A stretch of 15,290 nucleotides of DNA from Candidatus Bathyarchaeia archaeon (GTDB lineage Archaea; Thermoproteota; Bathyarchaeia; Bathyarchaeales; Bathycorpusculaceae), in NCBI GenBank assembly GCA_038883795.1, contig JAVZLK010000019.1, positions 15,279-30,568 on the forward strand. Reading direction: 5' to 3'. A program made the translations under genes and the position numbers. The number at the start of each line of letters is the position of its first letter. The stretch's first letter is position 1. Below, piece by piece: positions 1-9,012 of the stretch. The notes beneath the pieces are model-generated. The model saw only the letters and a list, made by a program, of their open reading frames with translations. It was not told where the DNA came from and did not search any database.

Positions 1-484
1 TTAGTCTTCTTTCTTCGTCTAAGTCTGTCCATTTGAGTTTGGTGGCTTCTCCTGAGCGCATGGCTGTTTCTTTTAGCAGGAGTAGAAAGGCTGCGAGTTT
101 TCGGTGTGAACCTGCTATTAGGCTGTCAAGCTCTTCCTCTTTTGGTATGAATGGGATTTTGCGTGTGAATCTGGTTTTGGGTTTTTCCCATTTTATTCCA
201 TATTTGTTGGCGTAGAGTTGGTAGGCGTTGGCTACGTTGCGCCTGCGGTTTTCTGACCAGTTTTGACGAGCTATGACGTCTTTTACGGTTTCTGGATCTG
301 ATAGGTCTGCGCCTCTTGCTATAAGCGTTCTTAGCGCGGAATTCACCATCCTTATGGTTTCGTCGGCGTAGTTGGCTTTCTTTAGTGACCAGGCGAGTTC
401 TGCCATTCTGCTTTTCTGTTCCATTATGTTTGGCGTTGTGCCCTCCCGCTGGGCCTGTTCCTGTCGGGTTTCTACTGTGGTCAA
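1..484 (-). CDS. Tyrosine recombinase/integrase, N-terminal portion (3' end beyond window edge; start uncertain)
   Basis: Hand translation; not in the ORF track. Open frame from an in-frame TAA at 553-551 to position 1: ...MAELAWSLKKANYADETIRMVNSALRTL...KIPFIPKEEELDSLIAGSHRKLAAFLLLLKETAMRSGEATKLKWTDLDEERRL. ETAMRSGEATKLKWTDLD fits the catalytic Arg box I (TGxRxxE...LxWxD). Candidate starts are TTG 484, TTG 505 or ATG 424. Confidence 0.9.
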   Translation of the reverse strand, partial: MTTVETRQEQAQREGTTPNIMEQKSRMAELAWSLKKANYADETIRMVNSALRTLIARGADLSDPETVKDVIARQNWSENRRRNVANAYQLYANKYGIKWEKPKTRFTRKIPFIPKEEELDSLIAGSHRKLAAFLLLLKETAMRSGEATKLKWTDLDEERRL

Positions 485-596
485 GTTTTTCGACGCTTCT
501 GTCAAGGCAGTCGCATACTTGACGATTAGAAAATACGGCGGAAGTGATATTTATTGACCCGTTCAGATTTTTTTGTAGAGGGTTTTGTGTGTGCAG

Positions 597-806
597 TCAT
601 GGTACTTTTGTCTTTGCGAGTTTCTCTGATTCTGAGTGTAGTTTTCCGCCTGTTGCCCAGTTTGTTTTGGGTGTTTCATAGATGATTATTTCTACTGCTT
701 CTTTGGGGATTCCTATATCCTCCAATACCTTGGTGACCCCTTCAACAATTTTCCGTTTACTTTCTTGGCTCATGCCCGCCCAAACAGATACTTGGACTAC
801 TGGCAA
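597..806 (-). CDS. 4-oxalocrotonate tautomerase family protein
   Basis: A TTG start at 806 after GGTGA (816-812) gives MPVVQVSVWAG, exposing the catalytic Pro1. Typical length (69 aa) and motifs (KRKIVEGVT...EIIIYE...NWATGG). Confidence 0.9.
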   Translation of the reverse strand: MPVVQVSVWAGMSQESKRKIVEGVTKVLEDIGIPKEAVEIIIYETPKTNWATGGKLHSESEKLAKTKVP

Positions 807-928
807 ACAATTCACCAATAAAACAAAGTGCTGTTAAGTATATTTAACATCTATGTGCATAAATCAGATTTGGCTTAAAATTCACGCAACTTTCCTTCTA
901 TAAAGGCTGCCTACGTCATTCTCCAGTT

Positions 929-1121
929 TGTGTGTGCGTGTGTGCGTGCGCGCCTCTGCACAGTGTAAATGTCTCTCTGTTTCTTTAAGAATCAAGCATT
1001 CTTCTTTATGATGAAATAATAGCCTCTCCGCTAACTTATCTCTATGTTATTTCATCCTCTTTTCTCTTCTTTAGTGGACGTGTTTAGTCTCTCTTTCTGC
1101 CTCTCTGCACACGCACACACA
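929..1121. repeat. 14-bp perfect inverted repeat TGTGTGTGCGTGTG (929-942) / CACACGCACACACA (1108-1121)
   Basis: Read directly from the sequence. The arms are 165 bp apart in a stretch without a convincing ORF; the motif is low complexity. Confidence 0.6.
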
Positions 1122-1400
1122 TTGTTTTTTCAAGTCTTTCATTGTTAGTTGGGCTTTCATTAAGCCCTGTTTCCTCTTTCTCATTTTTGTGTGCATGTGC
1201 GTCTTTCATCAGCCTTTCTGGATTTCCACCTCCATTTCCAAGTTTTCCTGTTTCGGTCTTTCTCTATGGGTTCTCTGTTTCATTGAATTGGTTGTTTTTT
1301 GGTTTCTGTTTCAACTGAAGGTTTCAGTGTTAGAGTTTCTGATTTTTGGTTCCAGTGAAAGTCATTGCTGTTCTCAGATTTTGGTTGCTTCTTTCTGTGT

Positions 1401-1667
1401 TTATAAATTGTTTTGTGATCCGAATTTTTTGGGCTGGGGAGAGTTGAGTAAAAGTGAATTTGCTTCTCGCCATTTGTAACATGCTTTTTCGAGTGGGTCG
1501 ATTGGTGTTTTCCAGAAGCTGCACCATGCTTTGTTTGTTGGCAGTTTTCTATATTCTCTTTCGCGTTTGCTCATTGGGACTTTTAGTTGGTTGAGCCTGT
1601 CTCTTAAATGGGCGGTCAGTTGGACTTGGATATTAGAGAAACTGCATTCGCAGCAGTAGTGTGTCAA
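1401..1667 (-). CDS. Small Cys-rich hypothetical protein, possibly metal-binding
   Basis: Its ATG overlaps the wHTH stop (ATGA at 1667-1664), indicating translational coupling. CCEC near the N-terminus plus WC...AC later. Confidence 0.55.
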   Translation of the reverse strand: MTHYCCECSFSNIQVQLTAHLRDRLNQLKVPMSKREREYRKLPTNKAWCSFWKTPIDPLEKACYKWREANSLLLNSPQPKKFGSQNNL

Positions 1668-1924
1668 TGGGTTTTTGCCTCTGTTTTTTGGCTTATTTCT
1701 TTTAGATGTTTGGCTATTTCGACGCCTTTTTGGGTGAGTTTGTTGATTTTTCTGGGCGGAATAAGCTCGGCTTCAATGAGACCTTCTTTGTTTAATGCGC
1801 TTACTGCTTGGCTGCACCATTGTTCTGTTATGCCTACATGTTTGGCTATTTCATTGTTTTGTAAGGGTCCATTTTCTAATAGTGTAATTAGGATTTTCTG
1901 TTTGACTGTTAGGAGCATGCCCAT
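1664..1924 (-). CDS. Winged helix-turn-helix transcriptional regulator (MarR/ArsR-like)
   Basis: LTVKQKILITLLENGPLQNNEIAKHVGITEQWCSQAVSALNKEGLIE...NKLTQKG is a classic wHTH with wing. Confidence 0.85.
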   Translation of the reverse strand: MGMLLTVKQKILITLLENGPLQNNEIAKHVGITEQWCSQAVSALNKEGLIEAELIPPRKINKLTQKGVEIAKHLKEISQKTEAKTH

Positions 1925-2100
1925 CTATGGTTGAATAGGGGCTATTAGTAAATGATAAGTTATTCTGTCCTTTGTTGGAAAAACGTAGGGGGGAGGGGGT
2001 AGGTAAAATAAAGGGTGTTTATAGCCCATTTTGTTCGTGAAGAATAGGCTTACTACCTTTTTTGGTTTGGGCTTTGAAAGATTTAAATTAGGCTGTGTGA

Positions 2101-2433
2101 ATGGCTGGATTTGGTATGTCTAAGTTTGAGTATGGTTTTGTGAGGGCGATTTCGGAGATAGTTGCTGGTTTTGTGATGTCGGTGGTTTTGTCTTCCTTTG
2201 TTAGTGCTGGGTTGATTCCTGGTTCTTTTGTGTTGCTGTTTCATGTTTTGAATGTCTTTTCTACTGTTTTGATGGTTTTTGCGATGCCTTTTTGGGCGAC
2301 GAGTTACTGTATTGGATGGCTTTTTGGTTTGGGGATAATGTATAGCTCGGGATTGGTTGATGTGCTTGAATTGCTGATTTATTTGGTGCCTTTGATTGTT
2401 TTGGGTATAAGGTTTGTTAAAAAGTTTGAGTAG
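2101..2433 (+). CDS. Small integral membrane protein (about 4 hydrophobic segments), function unknown
   Basis: Successive hydrophobic stretches and a basic C-terminal tail (RFVKKFE). A TTTAAA box lies at about 2081-2087. The start may be 2116. Confidence 0.7.
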   Translation: MAGFGMSKFEYGFVRAISEIVAGFVMSVVLSSFVSAGLIPGSFVLLFHVLNVFSTVLMVFAMPFWATSYCIGWLFGLGIMYSSGLVDVLELLIYLVPLIVLGIRFVKKFE

Positions 2434-2535
2434 TTTGTTTCAGGCGTTAGTATGCTTTGCTTATGATGTGTAGGGAAAAGCAATATGGATAATAAGCTTT
2501 TTAGGAATAACGATTTACTATTAAATGGTGTTTGG

Positions 2536-2709
2536 ATGGATGTGAAATGTCCGAAATGTGGTAAGGAGCTTTCAAATAAGCCTTTGAAAACGTGGAAGTT
2601 TAGGTTCTATAATGTAGGACGTTACGAATGCCCAAATTGCCACACAAAATTCAATTTGTATGATAGTCCAAAATCGAAATTTGTGATATTCAGGAAAAGG
2701 CGTAAATAA
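2536..2709 (+). CDS. Small zinc-ribbon protein
   Basis: MDVKCPKCG...YECPNCHTKF has two CxxC motifs. ATG 2536, preceded by GGTG, is preferred over the track start at 2485. Confidence 0.8.
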   Translation: MDVKCPKCGKELSNKPLKTWKFRFYNVGRYECPNCHTKFNLYDSPKSKFVIFRKRRK

Positions 2710-2748
2710 GCGTAATCGAGAGCCAATCTTTAATTTAACTTAGCCCTC

Positions 2749-5700
2749 TTACTCTTCTATAAATTTGTCGAGTCTCACTGTCTGCTTGCCGGTTTTGGCT
2801 TTTCTTTTCTTTTTTTCTTTCTCTACTTTTTGGATTTGTGGCATTTCTGTTGTTCCTTTTATTGCAACTGGCTGAGGTTGTTCTGTTCTTGTCAATCGGC
2901 GTTCCATCATTATCTTTGCAAGTGTGCGAGCTGCTTCAGGCAGATATTCGGGTAGTTGCAGTATTTCTGCTATTTTCGCGTCTATTTCTGCAATTACACC
3001 GTCCCATAGTCCAATGACGTTGTCTTTTTTATCAGCGCCACCAATTTTTCGAGCTTCTTTATCGAGTTTGTCAAAAAGCGTTGCGAGAGTCTCTAAATGC
3101 TCGGTCTTTAAATGGAGTATATTGAGGATAGGCATTTCCTCAGCTTTATTAACTTCTAATGCTGCAACTCCCAATCCTGTTATTCTACTAATCGACTCTA
3201 TGTATAGCTGTGTAAAACTTGAGTTAAGATAAGCCAATAAAGCCTTTATCTGCAAATCATTTAAACCAACATCCATTTTAGGGGTGAAAGTAATCATTGC
3301 ATCATATGTTACAGTTTTCTTAAGATTCCAAATAAAACGGGTTTTATATTGTGATTGACGGACGGCAATTATTGGTGCGTCAACTACGCCTCCGAGGTCA
3401 TACCAGCCATAAAAATGCTGTTTCTGTTTTTCGCGTTCTTGACAGGCTAATGCTTGGCTGCAAATTTTACCTCCGCCTCTTGTGCGCCTAATCAACGTTT
3501 TGCATTCTGTTTCTCCCCATCGGATATAATCAAGAACTTGTTTAGGCAAAGTGTCTCTGGGCTTGTGGCACATGAAAAAGTAGCAGTCAGCATCTCTATC
3601 TCGCAGTTCTTTCCAATCTTTATCGGTAAATGTGAAGAACGGAGCATAGCGAGAACTCGTCAACGCAGGATAAACAAAATCTTTAACACCCTTCTCTTTC
3701 ACCTTCGCTTCATTAAAGTAAAAGAATTCTTTCGATCCAAGATTTCGTGGTCCTTTCACTTTTCTTCTTGATGCCAAAAAGAGATACGTTGCATTTCCGT
3801 ATGAAGGATCAAATAATTCGCCCATCTTAATTGTTTTTGCACGTAGTTCTTCCAAAATCTCTTCTGCATTAAAAATGAAGTTAATCCATTTCTGATCTTT
3901 AGGCAAATCCCCCTGCCTAACAACATTAATCCTATAATGTCCAGTCGCCATCTTCGGATCCTTAATAACCTGCAGAATCTCATCAACCTTCAAAGATTCC
4001 CCTTTCGGTATACTCAAATAAGTAAACACAATCTGATTATCTTCAACCCTCTCCCCCTCAACTGGTTTCTCAAGCAAAATAATACAAGCACCCACAAGCG
4101 GCACAGGAAAAACCCGCGCAGCAACATCAATCAAAGCCTTCACTTTAAAATTCTCTAACAAAAACCGCCCAAACTCAACACCATAATCAGTTTGAAGCCA
4201 ACTATCAGAAATAATCATACCCAGCCTACCGCCAGGCTTCAAAAACTCCTTAGCCCACAAAATAAAATGAACATAAATTCCAGGCTCTTTCCCCCTCGCT
4301 ACATCAGCATGAAGACTATACTTTGACAAAACAGCCCCTAACCTATCCTTGATGTTATCCTGAACAGCCCCAGGAATTTCCGTCCACCTCGTATAAGGTG
4401 GATTACCAACCACGGCATCAAAGCCTTCCTCAGGCAGCTTAACAACCCTATGCTTCATACCTTCAGTAGTCATCACAGCATGAGGCGCAAGAACCTCCTG
4501 CTTAGGCACTATCGTAAAAAAGTCAGAATGCATAATATTAGCCTCAGTCGTAGGAGCACGCACATTCTTCATAGCCAAATTCATCGCAGTCAACTGAGTA
4601 GGAAACGGGTTAATATCAAGAGAATAAAGCTGCTTAAGAGTCGAGACATGCACATCCTTAGCCGGAATCTTCCGACGCCCAGTCTTCAACTCAACCAAAC
4701 GCCAATAAGACTGAACAAGAAAAGTTCCACTCCCACAACCAGGATCAAGCACATAATCTGAAGGGCTCCTCAAACACCACTTAACAATCAACTCAGCAAT
4801 AGGCGGCGGAGTATAAAACTGCCCCATCTGATGCCTTTCCTCAGCCGGAATCAAATCCTCATAAATATAACCCACAACATCCCCAAACTGCTCCATCTCC
4901 ACCGTAGAAAGAAGACGAATCAAATCATCAACTTCCTTCCTCGCAGCAAGCTCATCAGACAACACAATATGATCAAAAAGCCCAGTGTAAAATATCTGCT
5001 CAAAATCCCCAGTAACACGAATAGCCTCATCAAAAAACTTCTTCAAAGTAGCCAAATACTCAGCAGAAGAAATATCCGGCTTCGCCTCCAAAATCGGCTT
5101 TAACTTTGAAAGAGGATATGAACGCTCAAGAACCTTATAGAAAATAATCTTATTAGTCAAAACATAAGTCATCATCCGAGCCAAAATAGACGTCTTACTC
5201 AAATCCTCACCAACAACATCTGAAATGCCATTCCTATAACCAGCCTTCAAAGCCTCACGATTCAAATCAGCAACAAACCCGGAGTCTTCAACCAACCTAC
5301 GATACAAGGCATCATTAACATAATAAGAACTGAGCGAATCAACAAAATACCGCAAACTTCCAATGAGCCAATCTCCAAAAGGTCTACGCACCTTCTCAGG
5401 CAATACTTCCCGCTGCCAAAGCCTGCAAACCACATCAAGCAAATGCTCAAGAAACTCCTCTCTAAGCGGATGCTTCTCATCCAAAAGATAATGCCCATGA
5501 ATAAAACGCATATAAGCATCAGGCTCAAGAGCAAACTCGTAATCACCTGCATCAACAAACTCCTTATTCAGAAAATCCCACGGATTATCTAAAGGACCAA
5601 AAAGAACAAGAGCATCCCTATTAGCCGTAGCAAACAATGGCGTAGCAGGAAGACCATGCTCATCCTTCGCCAGAGCAGAATAACTTAAAGCTTGACCCAC

Positions 5701-5952
5701 AACAGGTCTTCCATAAGGATCAAATCTCTCCTCAACTTTCCAATGACCAACACGCTCAATTTTACGCTTAGTTTCAATAATCAAAACAGGAACATTATCC
5801 GGCTTTTTTAAAACAACTATGTCAGCCTCTTTCCTATGAATAGGAAAACCAGTAACAACATCAAGCTCCAAACCAGCAAATCTCTTATCCTTAACTAATT
5901 TAGCCAGAACAAAGAAGAGCTCATCCTGAAACTTACGCTCTCGCTTCAGCAT
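2749..5952 (-). CDS. Type IIG restriction-modification fusion (endonuclease + amino-methyltransferase + target recognition region)
   Basis: N-terminal EADIVV...IIETKR...GQALSY (PD-(D/E)XK with QxxxY), then GQFYTP, motif I VLDPGCGSGTF and motif IV VVGNPPY (gamma-class order). C-terminal ALLAYLNSS...ALEV...MPIL is typical of IIG enzymes. 1067 aa. Confidence 0.92.
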   Translation of the reverse strand: MLKRERKFQDELFFVLAKLVKDKRFAGLELDVVTGFPIHRKEADIVVLKKPDNVPVLIIETKRKIERVGHWKVEERFDPYGRPVVGQALSYSALAKDEHGLPATPLFATANRDALVLFGPLDNPWDFLNKEFVDAGDYEFALEPDAYMRFIHGHYLLDEKHPLREEFLEHLLDVVCRLWQREVLPEKVRRPFGDWLIGSLRYFVDSLSSYYVNDALYRRLVEDSGFVADLNREALKAGYRNGISDVVGEDLSKTSILARMMTYVLTNKIIFYKVLERSYPLSKLKPILEAKPDISSAEYLATLKKFFDEAIRVTGDFEQIFYTGLFDHIVLSDELAARKEVDDLIRLLSTVEMEQFGDVVGYIYEDLIPAEERHQMGQFYTPPPIAELIVKWCLRSPSDYVLDPGCGSGTFLVQSYWRLVELKTGRRKIPAKDVHVSTLKQLYSLDINPFPTQLTAMNLAMKNVRAPTTEANIMHSDFFTIVPKQEVLAPHAVMTTEGMKHRVVKLPEEGFDAVVGNPPYTRWTEIPGAVQDNIKDRLGAVLSKYSLHADVARGKEPGIYVHFILWAKEFLKPGGRLGMIISDSWLQTDYGVEFGRFLLENFKVKALIDVAARVFPVPLVGACIILLEKPVEGERVEDNQIVFTYLSIPKGESLKVDEILQVIKDPKMATGHYRINVVRQGDLPKDQKWINFIFNAEEILEELRAKTIKMGELFDPSYGNATYLFLASRRKVKGPRNLGSKEFFYFNEAKVKEKGVKDFVYPALTSSRYAPFFTFTDKDWKELRDRDADCYFFMCHKPRDTLPKQVLDYIRWGETECKTLIRRTRGGGKICSQALACQEREKQKQHFYGWYDLGGVVDAPIIAVRQSQYKTRFIWNLKKTVTYDAMITFTPKMDVGLNDLQIKALLAYLNSSFTQLYIESISRITGLGVAALEVNKAEEMPILNILHLKTEHLETLATLFDKLDKEARKIGGADKKDNVIGLWDGVIAEIDAKIAEILQLPEYLPEAARTLAKIMMERRLTRTEQPQPVAIKGTTEMPQIQKVEKEKKKRKAKTGKQTVRLDKFIEE

Positions 5953-6000
5953 ACCTCAAACCATCTTAATTAATAAAACGCTTGCATATAATTATAAATT
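5953..6000. promoter_or_regulatory. Compact overlapping divergent promoters (RM gene / helicase)
   Basis: 48-bp AT-rich gap containing TTAATTAATAAA (5966-5977), about 25 bp before ATG 6001, and TTTATAA on the minus strand (5998-5992). Confidence 0.55.
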
Positions 6001-8004
6001 ATGTCACTATTCCATGCACCCAAACGCTGCCTAAAATGCGGTCACCGACTGCAACCCATCATCCCACCCAGCGGAAACCTAAAATTTCTAAGCTGCACAA
6101 ACCCAAAATGCGACTATGTCGAATCGCAACCACTTATTTCATCACTCGACCAGCTACCTGTGCCATACAATGACGTTTTAAAAGTTATCGAAAACGAGCG
6201 CAGAGAAGCAGAGAAAAACACAATCATAATAGGGCAAGGACGTTTAGTCGACGCCCACCCAAGCAAAGACAAGACCGTAACAATCGCCAAACTCGAAGCC
6301 AAAATTAAAGAAGACTATCCACTCAGACCATACGACTCCATTTACTACAGCCAAATAATAGGAGTAGTGGCGGAACAAACAAAAAATTCGTTAACTCTCC
6401 TGTTTGACAGTTCTAAAAAGCTACCCTTCGAGGCGCCCTTAAAAATAGCGGAACCAGTTATTCTATACGATTCCGCAGCAGCCATAATACAAGAAAAAGC
6501 AAAAGAAGACGGCACACACCTTTCGCGATTTGTACAAATTCCAGACATAAATCCTCCACAACCCACAGAAAAACGCATTGTAACCATCAAACCTTACGAT
6601 CTTGACCAAGAAAAACAAGCTATCGTGGAAGAAATATCCTCAATGCCAGAATGGGAATACAGAGCAGTTGAAGGGCCACCAGGCACAGGCAAAACAACAA
6701 CAATCGCAGCCGCAGCTATTCAAGCAGTAGAGGCAGGAGACACCGTTCTCATAACATCACATACAAACGTCGCAGTTGACAACGCATTAGAGCGAATATT
6801 CCTACTCCGAAAAGACCTCAAAGACTTGATAGTGCGCATTGGTCACCCAGCTAAAGTCTCAACAATGATTAGACCATTCATTGATGCGCCTTTACCAAAT
6901 GAAGGATATAGGCAGTGGCTCAACCGCATCTTATCCAGCAAGCGCATAATTGGGATGACTATAGCAAAACTATCAGTATGCGACAGAGTTTACGCATTAA
7001 ACAGCCTTTCTAAAGAAAACGGGAAATGGCCCACTTTTGATTATGCCTTTATCGATGAATCATCAACAGTACCGCTTTGCACCGCAATCATACCCATATA
7101 CTACTCAAAACGATGGGTCATATTTGGAGATACGCGCCAACTACCTCCGATACTGAGGACCTTTCACAAATACGCTGGAGCGTGGTCCTTGATGGAAATA
7201 GCTTCGGCAAATTCAGAAAAAACAAGAATGCTGACAATTCAAAGAAGAGGCAACCGCACAATCTTTGAAGCTATCAGCAGACTATTCTATCAAGGAAAGC
7301 TAAAACATCACGAGACAGTTACCAATAGCTCTTTAAACGCAGACATAAAGGCAGAAGGCTGGCTAAAGGAAGCATTAGACCCCACAAAACCACTCGTTTG
7401 GATCCAAACAGATACAGGCTTTATGGAATGGTGCAAAATCAAAAAAGGACGCATTGAAGGAGCATCTGGTGCTAATCCTGTTGAAGCAGCAGCCGCCGTC
7501 AAACTATACAATGCGGTTATAAACTCCGGAATATCTCCTTCAAACTTAGCCATAATAACCACGTATCGCGCTCAAGCAAATCTAATTCGTGAAGTCATCA
7601 AGGAAATAAAGAAAACAGAAGAACCGATAGTAACCTCATTATATCATCATAGAAGAGGACAAGAACCCTACGAAGACTACGAACCCGACGAGCCCGAAGA
7701 CCTATTAGACCTCAGACTCGCAGAAACAGTAGACAGCTACCAAGGAAGAGAAAAAGAACTAATAATCTACTCAGTCACAACCCACTACGAACACAAAGCA
7801 CTATTAGACTATAGAAGAACAAACGTGGCTTTTACAAGAGCCCGCTCCAAACTAATAATAACAAGTTCCCTGCAATCGACAACAAAAACACCATGGCTCA
7901 AATACCTAAAACAAATAGCACATCCACTAAAAATAAAGGAAAACGACCTTCAACCCGAATTGGACAATGTCAACAAAAAGCATACACAAATCTGTCGCCG
8001 TTAA
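6001..8004 (+). CDS. Superfamily 1 helicase, UPF1/DNA2-like, with N-terminal C4 zinc ribbon
   Basis: Motifs GPPGTGKT, TSHTNVAVDN, FIDESS, GDTRQLPP, IQRR, IITTYRAQ, TVDSYQGRE and NVAFTRA. N-terminal CLKCG...CTNPKC. Confidence 0.93.
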   Translation: MSLFHAPKRCLKCGHRLQPIIPPSGNLKFLSCTNPKCDYVESQPLISSLDQLPVPYNDVLKVIENERREAEKNTIIIGQGRLVDAHPSKDKTVTIAKLEAKIKEDYPLRPYDSIYYSQIIGVVAEQTKNSLTLLFDSSKKLPFEAPLKIAEPVILYDSAAAIIQEKAKEDGTHLSRFVQIPDINPPQPTEKRIVTIKPYDLDQEKQAIVEEISSMPEWEYRAVEGPPGTGKTTTIAAAAIQAVEAGDTVLITSHTNVAVDNALERIFLLRKDLKDLIVRIGHPAKVSTMIRPFIDAPLPNEGYRQWLNRILSSKRIIGMTIAKLSVCDRVYALNSLSKENGKWPTFDYAFIDESSTVPLCTAIIPIYYSKRWVIFGDTRQLPPILRTFHKYAGAWSLMEIASANSEKTRMLTIQRRGNRTIFEAISRLFYQGKLKHHETVTNSSLNADIKAEGWLKEALDPTKPLVWIQTDTGFMEWCKIKKGRIEGASGANPVEAAAAVKLYNAVINSGISPSNLAIITTYRAQANLIREVIKEIKKTEEPIVTSLYHHRRGQEPYEDYEPDEPEDLLDLRLAETVDSYQGREKELIIYSVTTHYEHKALLDYRRTNVAFTRARSKLIITSSLQSTTKTPWLKYLKQIAHPLKIKENDLQPELDNVNKKHTQICRR

Positions 8005-8025
8005 TAAAAAGGCATTTAAAACCGC

Positions 8026-8952
8026 TTAAGCCTTAGCCCTCCGCTTTAACGGTAATTTTGACCTACACTGTTCTTTGAAATCACAACGATTACATTTCCA
8101 TTTTTCCGGAAGCGAAAACTCACGAGTTTCATCAAGCTGCTTAAACGCTTTAAGTAAACTTACAGCATCTGCTTCATTGACTTCCTCATGCCATGTAACA
8201 GTTTCCTTTTCATCTACAATATATACTTGAACTCGCTTATTCTTTCGCCTAAAGAAGTATCCATAAAGGTCACCTTGAGCCAAAGCGCTCCGCTCGATAT
8301 AGCCCAAAAGAAATTGGCTACCAGTAGTTTTGAACTCATAAACAAACTCATCAGTAATTCCGTCAGGAACGCCCACAACAACATAATTCTCCCACCTAAA
8401 ATTCCACCTAATCGTAGGATACCTCTCAGCAAGAAACTCTTCATAAACAGCGCCCCTCAACTTTGGAGGCGCATCATCTAAACTTACAACCTTGACACGC
8501 TTTTTCTCAGCCATTCTCGTCAACTTTATCTTTAACTCAGGTGAAAGCGAAGGATTCAAAACCATAACTTTAACGCGGCCTTTAGGCGTATGAGCCAACA
8601 AAGTAACATAAGGAGGCGATTCTCTCGATTCCCTGCTCTCTTTGTCCTTCAGCAATTTCTCTACATCTGCTAAAGTTATCTCCTCACCAACAAGCAAAAC
8701 TTTATCCGCAGCCTTAGGAAACTTCTTTACATATCCCAACTTAAGCGAATACAACAACCTATCATGCAAATAAGATGCAAAAAACTGAGGCTCCATATCT
8801 ATATTCGCCAAAAGACTCTTCATAGGGCACCAATAAAAACTGGCAGTATCCGCCATTCCAATAAAAACCAAATCACTCAAAGGGACTCCGCGCCTCTGCT
8901 TTTCTATCTCTAAAAGCTTATGCACATTTCCCATTTGCGAGAGCTTTTTCAC
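8026..8952 (-). CDS. Cas4-like / RecB-family PD-(D/E)XK nuclease with 1+3 Cys Fe-S signature
   Basis: YWCP near the N-terminus; GVPDGI...YEFKT; QGDLYG (QxxxY); C-terminal KCNRCDFKEQC. No CRISPR array or cas1 in the window. Confidence 0.85.
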   Translation of the reverse strand: MKKLSQMGNVHKLLEIEKQRRGVPLSDLVFIGMADTASFYWCPMKSLLANIDMEPQFFASYLHDRLLYSLKLGYVKKFPKAADKVLLVGEEITLADVEKLLKDKESRESRESPPYVTLLAHTPKGRVKVMVLNPSLSPELKIKLTRMAEKKRVKVVSLDDAPPKLRGAVYEEFLAERYPTIRWNFRWENYVVVGVPDGITDEFVYEFKTTGSQFLLGYIERSALAQGDLYGYFFRRKNKRVQVYIVDEKETVTWHEEVNEADAVSLLKAFKQLDETREFSLPEKWKCNRCDFKEQCRSKLPLKRRAKA

Positions 8953-9012
8953 AACAATCTCTTCAACGTTCTTAGTAATAGCAAAACCTCCCTCAACTTA
9001 CATTAATTTAAC

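Noticed and set aside
33-557. Plus-strand ORFs 33-215 and 372-557
   Set aside because: Antisense shadows of the integrase.
1189-1934. ORFs 1189-1479 (+), 1330-1527 (-) and 1608-1934 (+)
   Set aside because: No motifs. Hydrophobicity of the plus-strand ORFs follows from the T-rich strand, and all overlap better-supported genes.
7660-7705. Short imperfect GAACCC/GAAGAC repeats in the helicase
   Set aside because: Explained by a low-complexity acidic loop (EPYEDYEPDEPED).
8026-8952. CRISPR-Cas locus suggested by the Cas4-like gene
   Set aside because: No repeat-spacer array, cas1 or cas2 in the window; solo Cas4-like nucleases are common in archaea and mobile elements.
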